Assembly: GCA_964016885.1 (NCBI GenBank)
Contig: OZ024740.1
Location: forward strand, 38,068,001-38,132,000
Direction of reading: 5' to 3'
DNA: 64,000 nucleotides
DNA from: Eledone cirrhosa
Lineage: Eukaryota
A model generated the notes under the pieces. It saw nothing but the letters and a program-made list of their open reading frames with translations, ran no database searches and had not been told where the DNA came from. The translations under genes were made by a program, and so were the position numbers. This document shows, one piece after another, positions 55,020-64,000 of the stretch. Every line of letters starts with the position of its first letter. Position 1 is the first letter of the stretch.

Positions 55020-55610
55020 GGTTTAAATAAAATCCTCGAGAAGGTTTAAATAAAATCCTCGAAATTTGGGCATAATTGGACAAGCATATAACGGTAATAA
55101 GCGAATAATATTTAGTACAACCTGACAGAATTATAGAATAGCATATAACAGTAATAAGCGAATAATATTTAGAGCAACCTGACAGAATTATAGAATAGCA
55201 TTGAGATGGACCAGGAAATGGAGAGAACGAAAGAAGATGGCATTTTACATTACATTTCACAGGAGAACGAACAGTGTGACCATTAATAAGATTTGACAAA
55301 TTCTGAGATTCGTACCTCGTAACAGGTTTATTTTATATTTGGTGAGAGAAGGGAGGAGGGTAGTAAAGATTAAGAGGGGCAAGGAGGCCATTTTATAAAC
55401 CCTAGGATTTTCGGCCAAAATTAAATGAACGAGATCGAGGAAGAGAAGGTTATAAAACATCAGAATTTTCGGCAAAAATTAAACAGCGAGATTGTTATTT
55501 TAGAAAAACAAACGAGGTTTAAATAAAATCCTCGAAATTTGGGCATAATTGGACAAGCATATAACGGTAATAAGCGAATAATATTTAGTACAACCTGACA
55601 GAATTATAAT
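55020..55610. repeat. Unclassified ~590-bp unit bounded by ~90-bp direct repeats
   Basis: gtttaaataaaatcctcgaaatttgggc...cctgacagaattata occurs at ~55044-55133 and ~55517-55608, with shorter internal duplications. Confidence 0.75.
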
Positions 55611-57322
55611 TGCATGATGAATGTGTACAGAAAGTTCAACTAGCTTAACTCATCATTACTATCTAATGTCTGTCTTTCATGTTTGCATGGGTTAAATGGA
55701 TTATTACATTATGAGACAAGTCAGGTCAGGTGACTATGTCTTGCTCATACAGAACTGTTACTGGCTTGGTTTCTACAGCTGAATGCCCTTCCTAAAGCTA
55801 AAGTCTGATAATTTAAATATTTATAACATCTTTCCAAGTAAACAGATCATTGTAAAAATGTGCAGTATTTAAAATAAAGACTTATAAATGAATTTTAATG
55901 TGATGCCATCAAAGTAGTTTTGTTCTTTAAAAGACTATCTTGCTATTAATACGGTTTCATGTGGTACAGGATGTTAGAATAATAGGGCATTTCAATGTGA
56001 CATAAATTTAGTAGCATATATTTATAAACAATATGAGTTGTGAGAATGACTTGGATACACAAGAACACTAAACAATAGCTGGTAAGTGAACTTCAGATTG
56101 TTTGTTTAATACAACTGTCCGATGTAGTTTGAATGTCATGACCACTGGTTTTAATTATTACCTAATAATCATGGTTAACTTTGATAATTACCACTGAGCA
56201 TCATCATCATTTAATACCCACTACCCCTGCTACCAACAGTTGGACTCAGGTTCAATAAAATATATAACAGAAATATATAAACTAAAGTCTCTTTTAGGTT
56301 GCAGTGAATAAGCCAACCTTTCTAGTGTTGGTATCATGATGGAACACACACAGTGTCCCTTCTAAAGTGGTGGATGAACAGAGACAACATAGGGTACTAG
56401 GGACCCTTTCATCCTGTCAAGGACTGGATAATCTCTCCAGTGTTGGTGCCATGATAAAATGTACCCAGTACTTCAGCTTTGCCAAGTACATTTACAATGT
56501 CTCAATAAAATACACCCATTTATACTTTGCAATGTGGTAGTGCTGGTGCCATGATATGCACTCAGTACACTATACAAAGTGGTTGGCATTAGGAAGGACA
56601 TCCAGTCATAGAAACCATGATAAAATATGTAATATACGAGGAAGATGTGGTTTTCTGACTTGTCTATGACAACCTCAACCAACCCATGCCAATATGGAAA
56701 TCAGACCTTAAAATGATGATGATGATGATAAAATATATTTAGGACAGTGGCTTCCTGAGACAAGAAGGAACCTTTATTTGGTCACTCAATTTGCTAGAAA
56801 TAGTAGTTAAATCTCCTTAAAATTACATCCTACCAACATAAACAGTAAGGAGATGTGGGATAATGTAGTTCTAGATATAGAAACATATGCTATTTGCTAG
56901 CTTAGTCTCAGGAAATAGTAAACATTAATGTATTACTTAAGTTTAAGGCTATTTGTTACTGTTTAGTCTCAGGAAATACTAAATGTGTTACTAAAAGGTA
57001 AGGCTATTTGTTAGTTTAATCTCAGGTTATCCCTAATTAAGTAAACATAAAATACAACTCTGAACTAACTTCTATTAATCTTTTGACATATAAAGAACTG
57101 CAAGTTAACTTTTCAACTTCATTGTTTTATCATATTTTTAACAATTACCATCTAATTCACATTGTGGTAGCATCTATACAAAAAACTATTTTCTCCACTT
57201 TACACAATGCTTCAAGCAAACAACAACACTCTTTTCTAATAATATATTTTCTTTTACTATCATAAAAGAAAAATATAAAATGTTTAAAACATTCATTGAA
57301 AAAAAAAAGACTTTTCACTTAC

Positions 57323-57469
57323 CTTATTGAGTTTTCCAAGGGCTGATATTAAATCAGCCCATTCACTTGTGGTTTCAAAGTATTTCAGAGCCTTTTCTAC
57401 TTGTGAGATGTATGAACGATACTTAGAATCTCCAAGGAGTTCACACTCTTCTACAGTTAACATACTCAT
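57323..57469 (-). CDS. DOP1A: Dopey-1 first coding exon ([49 protein letters not shown]), Dopey_N domain start
   Basis: Manual translation resembles the Dopey N-terminus as I recall it (ELLSDSKYR...[15 protein letters not shown]). ATG at 57469, donor gtaagt at 57322. An acceptor ttgtag at 57502 implies a further upstream 5'UTR exon. 147 nt, phase 0. Confidence 0.95.
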
Positions 57470-58787
57470 TTTGATTGATTTGTCCTTTCTTTTTTAGTAT
57501 TCTACAATAAATAAATACATTAATTAACTTGGTAAGTATCAATTAATGTGTATATAATGAAATATAAGCCAAAGAATATGTGAGCAAAAAATCAATAATA
57601 AAATGGAGGGAGGGGGTTGGCTTATATATGCCATCTAAGCAATGTGTTGATTAGCTGACTTGGCTTATAAATGGGGTTTAAATTTTTGCCCATTTCTCAG
57701 ATATAAAATGGGGGGCAGGGTGCTTATATTCAAGTATATACGGTAATTAGATAAGTATTAATATTTTTGACCTGATGTTTCTGGAATTTAACCCTTTAGC
57801 AAATACATTATATTTACTATTATGTTTTCATGGTAAAGGCTTTACCTCACATAACTATCTCATAAATAATATCAAATCTATGAGATTTTGATATTATTTA
57901 TGTTGAGAACAATACCTTATCATCAGTATGAGTGGTTGGTTACAGCCGATTTGAACAGAAAGAACTGGGAGAATTTTGGCCGGATGCAGCCAGTTTAAAT
58001 GCTAAAGGGTTAATATTAAATCTTCTGGCACAGAAAGTATATTTTGTTAAATACAAACAAATTTTATGGAACAAGAAAAAATTGTTTCCAACTGATATGG
58101 TTACTAGAAAGCCTCACAATTTTCACCAAGAAAATAACATCATTTGAATTTTAACATTCTGTAATGCCTAAAAATATTTAATTCAAATGTTTATAGTATC
58201 TTTACTAGTAGGCAGCACATTGTGAAACTTTGCATTGTGGCAGTAAAAACTTTCATTTCTTAATGCAGTCATAGTGCTGTTTTGTACTTTTCAAGAGTGC
58301 CTTGCTAATGTGGCTTCATGTGGTACAGGACGTTAAGAGTTCAAAATTTAAGTTATTGTAAATTGCTCCATTCGTTGAAACATAATGCCTAGAATACACC
58401 ATCATTTCTATCTGGAAGGTTCTTGAGGCTAAACTAACAAGAAGAAAGAAAGAATTCAATTGACAAGGTCCCAGACCGAGGGGTGTGGAACTCGGTCCAA
58501 TTGGACCAATGTTTCCATTGGTCTTTCTATTGCTGATACTAACTACCAGTCGCAACTCCTAGTAAAAAGAACAATGTGAAATAAAGTATCTTGCTCAAGA
58601 ACATAACGCATTGCTCAGTCCGGAAATTAAACTAGCAATCTCACAATCATGAATCTAATTTGCTAACCACTAAACCAGGCAACTTCACTAACAAATATTG
58701 TTATATACCAGCAAATAAATAGAAGGAAAAATAAGAAGATATTGTCAAGCACCAAGAAATCTAATTAACTAACATTATATGTGAATT

Positions 58788-58975
58788 GGGTGGATTGGCA
58801 GTATCGGTAGAGGGTCGGACGCCATGCTTTCCAGCATAGTTACGTCCCTTTACGATCTGAGTTCAAATCCCGCCGAGGTTAACTTTGCCTTTCATCCTTA
58901 CGGGGTCAATAAAATAAAGTACCAGTAATGCACTGGGTAATTGCTGGCCTTGTGCCAAAAGTAGAAACAATTATA
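58788..58975 (+). mobile_element. tRNA-type SINE copy
   Basis: ggtggattggcagtatcggtagag (A-box-like), gagttcaaatcc (B-box-like) and gcctttcatccttacggggtc core. Confidence 0.82.
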
Positions 58976-59129
58976 TTAGTAATTGTCTTCTTGGTTTTAC
59001 CAAACACCAGTTTAATTGTTGCAAAAAGAAATCAGAAATGACAATGGCTCCAGTTGAAGATTTAAACATCACTTAGGTAAGTCTCCCTCTCATCTCTGAT
59101 CAGCCCTTTTCATTGGGCTGAATAGTTGG

Positions 59130-59735
59130 CAAAGAACCAGCTACTTCCTGATACATTCAATACCAATCATCAAAAAATGTGCAGGGCGATCAAAATTGAT
59201 GGAAGTTACGGAGTAGATAAACCCAGAAAAACCTGGGACGATTTGATAAATTCCGACCTTACACACTCTCTAAAACAATGTCACTGGACCGAGATCTTTG
59301 GCGCCACGCAGTAATACAGAAGACCCGCCTTGCCTATGTACAATGCGAAACCTACAGTCAGGAGGCACCTCTTAACCAAATATACATCCCAATCCCACTA
59401 CCCCTACTCCATCCTCCCACTCCCACCAACACCACCCTCTCTCTGTAAAGTTGGTACGGCAACATCCAGTCCAAACTAGTGATGTCGTGTAGGTGTCATG
59501 ATAAAAAAACACACAGCCCACGCTGTAATGTGGCCATGAAGGTAACACGGTAAAAAGTTCCCAGTCCACACTGTAATTGTGGTTGGTGTTAGGAAGGGCA
59601 TCCAGCCGTAGAAAACCTGCCAGACAGTCCTTAACGAGCAAGACACGATCACCCGACCAATCTTGCCTCAAGTGGGACAACTCCCATCTAATCTATGCTA
59701 GCGTGGAAGATAGACATTAATCGATGATGATGATA
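59130..59735 (+). mobile_element. RTE-type 3' fragment (inverted counterpart of 8478-8995)
   Basis: KPRKTWDDLINSDL coding remnant, 48-bp-like units, hairpin and (gat)n tail. Confidence 0.8.
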
Positions 59736-60307
59736 GTCATCATCATCATCATTGTTGTTTAATGTCTATTTTTCCATGCATGCTTAGGTTAAGCTGGAGC
59801 TGGTTGTCACATTATGAGACAAGTCAGGTCAGGTGTCCAATGCCTTGCTCATATGGATCTGTATTTTGGCTTAGTTTCTACAGTAGGGTGCCCTTCCTAG
59901 TACCAACGCTGTTAAAGTGTGAACTGGGTGCTTTTGTTGCTGTGGCATCAGATCAGCATACAAGGTAGACTTCACGCTTTTTGTCATGGCAACAGCATTG
60001 TAAGAAATCAGATGTAGAATGTGTCCAGCTTTCATGCTTGTATGTGTGGGTTGGGCAGGAGAGGTGAGGGTTAGAAGGGGGACAAGTAAGCAAGTTCAAG
60101 GTGTGTGAGATATTTAGCTGGTGAGGGCAGGGTATTAAGACTAGGGGAGTGATGGGGAGAGGGGTAAAGAGAAGACTGGTGCAGACTAGTGCCTTCTTCA
60201 TGTATGTATATACAAATATTGAAAATAAATCAATATACAATATGAACACTAAATAAAACAAAATGTTGTAGACCAAGTCATTTTCCATAATGTTCAACAA
60301 GGTTCCA

Positions 60308-61178
60308 TAGTGGTCTACAGTATCCCACAGTGCTCTACTGTGGGACACTGTAGGATACTGTAGACCACTGTAGGCCACAGTAGTCCACAGTATCCCACTG
60401 TGGTCTACAGTATCCCACAGTGGGATACAGTATCCCACAGTAGTCTACAGTGTCCCAGAGAGGTCTACAGTATCCCACAGAGGTCTACAGTATCCCAGAG
60501 AGGTCTACAGTATCCTACAGTATCCCACAGTAGTCTACAGTATCCCACAGTAGTCTACAGTATCCCACAGTAGTCTACAGTATCCCACAGTAGTCTACAG
60601 TATCCCACAGTATCCCAGAGAGGTCTACAGTATCCTACAGTGGTCTACAGTATCCCACAGTGGTCTACAGTATCCCAGAGAGGTCTACAGTATCCCACAG
60701 TGGTCTACAGTATCCCACAGTGGTCTACAGTATCCTACAGTGTCCCAGAGAGGTCTACAGTATTCCATTATGGTCTACAGTATCCCAGTGGTCTACAGTA
60801 TCCCACAGTATCCCAGAGAGGTCTACAGTATCCTACAGTGGTCTACAGTATCCCACAGTGGTCTACAGTATCCCAGAGAGGTCTACAGTATCCCACAGTG
60901 GTCTACAGTATCCCACAGTGGTCTACAGTATCCCACAGTGGTCTACAGTATCCTACAGTGTCCCAGAGAGGTCTACAGTATTCCATTATGGTCTACAGTA
61001 TCCCACAGTGGTCTACAGTATCCCACAGTGGTCTACAGTATCCCACAGTGGTCTACAGTATCCCACAGTAGTCTACAGTATCCCACAGTGGTCTACAGTA
61101 TCCCACAGTGGTCTACAGTATCCTACTGTGGTCTACAGTATCCTACTGTGGTCTACAGTATCCTACTGTGGTCTACAG
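60308..61178. repeat. 20-bp minisatellite TGGTCTACAGTATCCCACAG built from 10-bp subunits, with inverted copies at its left end
   Basis: Read directly. Confidence 0.96.
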
Positions 61179-63219
61179 CAGTGGTCGCCAACCTTTTTAA
61201 AACCGAGGAACCCTCTAAATATTTTGAATTCTTCACGGAACCTATACAATACAAAACTTTTCAAAAAAAAATAATAAAGTATTTATTTATTTTAGTGTTT
61301 CATGCGTGTGTATGTAATCGAACACAATTAACTAGTGGCTTTTCTGCTGCTGCGCCTCATCAGTGAGTTTAGAAAATTGAGGTTCAACACTAGTTAATGC
61401 CAGTCTCATACACTCGTCAATTGCTGACAGTTTATTCCTCTTCTTTGTGCAGATTTCTACCAACTGTGAAAACCCTTTTTCGCACAAGTAGCTAGATGGG
61501 AATAAAGTCAAATATTTCAATGCAAGTTGGCTGATTTTATTAAACTCCCCAATCAAGAATAAGTCGATCCATAGTTCTTTCTTTCTGCTTTCGAATATCA
61601 CTTTCAGGTCTTCGTTTGAATTCAAATCCATCAACAGATGTAAGCATTGTGCAGGTAGTAAATTTTTACAATTTCCAGCGTCATTTTCTGACACTAACTG
61701 CTCGATCTCGGTGAACGGGTTTTTTATCCATAAATTTCCGCTAACAATATCTTTTTCCATCAAGTCAAAATAATCTGAAAAACTTGTGGAAAGCACATTT
61801 AAATGAGAAAGAATAATCTTCTTTAGATTGCTGGAGTCAAAATCTTCTCTCTTTTTAAGCTCTATTTCAAGGTTTGAAAGTAATGAGTAATTGTCCGATT
61901 CAATTCTTTTTATAAAGATGTTTAATTTTGATTGAAAATATGTAATAAAATTGATTGAAGTAAAAATATCTGCATTGTTACCCTGAAGACACTTATTTAG
62001 TTTGTTCAGTTCACCAAAAATGTCTACTAAATAAGCGAGTTGCACATTCCATTCATTGGTTTCTAATACACTTGCTCTTTCATCATTCTGTTTTTTTAGA
62101 AAAACTATTATTTCTTCTCTCAGTTCAAAAACTCTCTTCATAGCATCCCCAAAAGACAGCCCACGCATATCATTGTTCAATAACAATCTATTATAATTAC
62201 TTCCAGAAGATTCACAAATAGATTCAAACATTCTAGAATTTTTGCTCTTGCATGGATCAAATTGATAATTTTGACAATGTCTTTCGGCTGGTCATTTAAT
62301 ATTTGAGCATCTCTGTCTTTGAATTTTTTTTAACACAAAACCTCTCGATGAATCATACAATGATTTGAAATACAATTTGGGGTCTATTCTTTAATTTTTG
62401 CAATCAAACCAGAATTTTTACCAGTCATTGCAGCTGTTCCATCTGTTGTTATTGAAGTCAACTTGCTCCAAGATACACCATTTTTAAAAAAATACTCTTC
62501 AATTTTATTGAATATATCTTGACCTTTAGTTGTGATGTCTAATACCAGACAAAACAAATACTCTTCTACTAATTCTTTTTTATCAAAGTCTACAAACCGT
62601 ACATAGCAAATTAATTGAGCCTTGTTATTAATATCCGTAGTTTCGTCCACTTGCAGACCAAAACATGTGCTTTTCTTTAGTGCAGTTAGTATCTGATTTT
62701 CTATATCAGAAGAAATATCAATTATCCTTCTTTTTACGGTATTTGCTGACAATGGTAACTGGCTTAATTTTTCTTTGTCCTTAATACAGCATCTTTCAAA
62801 AAGATTCTCTGTAGCAATTTTTATACTTGGCAGAATTAACTGTTCTCCTAATGTAAATGGTTTCTTGTTTTTACCAATCAAATGTGAAATCTAAAAAGAT
62901 GTTCTTGTTAAAGCTTTATTTCTATCTGACTTTTTACAAAACAAGTCATACATATTAGCTTGTGATTTTTTGATGTTTTTCAGCAAAGTAAAGTGACTTG
63001 TTTTTATCATTGGTGTGGTTAGTATCAAGGTGTCTTTTAAGTTTTGCAGGATTTAAACAGCTATTTGATAGAACTTTTGAACATAGCAAACACATGGGCT
63101 GATCTGGTGTATCTTTTTTTAGTGTCAGCTTTTTGAAATCCATATCTAACATAATCATCACACCACTGTCTAACCTTACTGCTGGTATCTAACTTCAGCT
63201 TCTTTGCAGTAGACATCAT
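61179..63219 (-). mobile_element. Decayed hAT (Buster/Charlie-type) DNA transposon; one TIR at 61179, other end not seen
   Basis: Terminal CAGTGGTCGCCAACC is preceded by gtcTAcag, matching the Buster nnnTAnnn target pattern. Transposase remnants lie inside. Confidence 0.88.
61332..63219 (-). pseudogene. Buster-family hAT transposase pseudogene (ZBED5/SCAND3-like)
   Basis: RQWCDDYVRYGF, BED-type CLLC...LKRHLDTNH, LQVDETTDI, ITTDGTAAMTG, HCMIHRE, SSYLCEKGFS and a QQQKSH* end, broken by stops and frameshifts. Confidence 0.9.
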
Positions 63220-64000
63220 ATCAATGCTATTTATCTACAGTTAAACTTTTTAAAATGACATTAATAAACAAGAGAAATTAACAGTTTTTTTAATTACAAA
63301 AAGTACTTAAATTAACTTTAATTTTAGATATTGGGAAAAACTTAACTAGTTAAAAAAAAATGTTAATTTTTAAAAATTGAAATTTCTCCATTTTAGGATG
63401 GCAAACATATTATTTAAAGTCTTATAATAATATTAAAATATTAGGGGTTACTGAAAAAGGTGCAAATTTATAAACAACTAGAAGAAATGTTTTTCAGAGT
63501 CCAGCACTTCCTGCATATACTACTTTCGGGTCGTATTAAATATTATTGGTAATGTAAATATATTTAAATATCCGCCATACTAAAAGGTGCAAAAAATGCA
63601 AATCAGCTGGTAGTGTAGAAGATGTGACGATGGTATTGGAAATTAATTCAGATATCTTCTATCTATTTTGACTCAAAGTTAGATATAATATAAGAAGGCT
63701 TTAGGCTGCGTTAAACATATATTAGATTGGAACAAATAAAGTTTAGTCAAATGCTTGTGGACATATATATTTATTGTATGAAGTAATTTCTCAATTGTGA
63801 ATGCAGATGTCATCAAATGAATACATAATTGTGTGGCAAAGTTTATAGTGTATGCATGGAATGCAAAATTACCTTTGTTAGTAGTCGAAACTTTACAGGC
63901 GTTATATTTTCTGTACAAAGTACAACAGAATGTAACGTGTTCTTATTTAGAATTGTCTGTGGAACTGGATGCATGTTGAAAACGACTAGTAAGCGAGTTC

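Noticed and set aside
57555-57745. Second pogo-like MITE ending ...cttatattcaagtatatacggta
   Set aside because: Only one end is recognisable and the left TIR could not be established.
60640-61366. Three overlapping repeat ORFs (VYSIPQWSTVSHSGLQYPT)
   Set aside because: These are translations of the 20-bp minisatellite.
61332-63219. Domesticated ZBED/Buster gene
   Set aside because: Multiple stops and frameshifts, and a retained TIR.

Overview
AT-rich, repeat-dense animal genomic DNA. The SINE/LINE/microsatellite landscape suggests a cephalopod such as octopus, but that is an inference. The host gene is a Dopey-family gene (DOP1A/dopey-1) on the minus strand. Eight coding exons (57469 down to 4067, 929 codons) have canonical GT-AG junctions and consistent phases, and the gene continues beyond position 1. 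Its introns contain a near-intact CR1-clade LINE with one nonsense codon and a G GGA AAC slippery site at the ORF1/ORF2 junction. They also hold a ~25 kb 59-bp satellite with higher-order structure and a 3.5 kb 48-bp array grown inside an RTE-type 3' end. Further intronic elements are a truncated RTE LINE with a PHD-like finger, a non-autonomous Helitron, a MITE, tRNA-type SINEs and several hammerhead-ribozyme-like motifs. Upstream of the first coding exon, a decayed Buster-type hAT transposon abuts a 20-bp minisatellite whose unit contains the element's TIR start and target site. Most ORFs in the supplied track are repeat artefacts.
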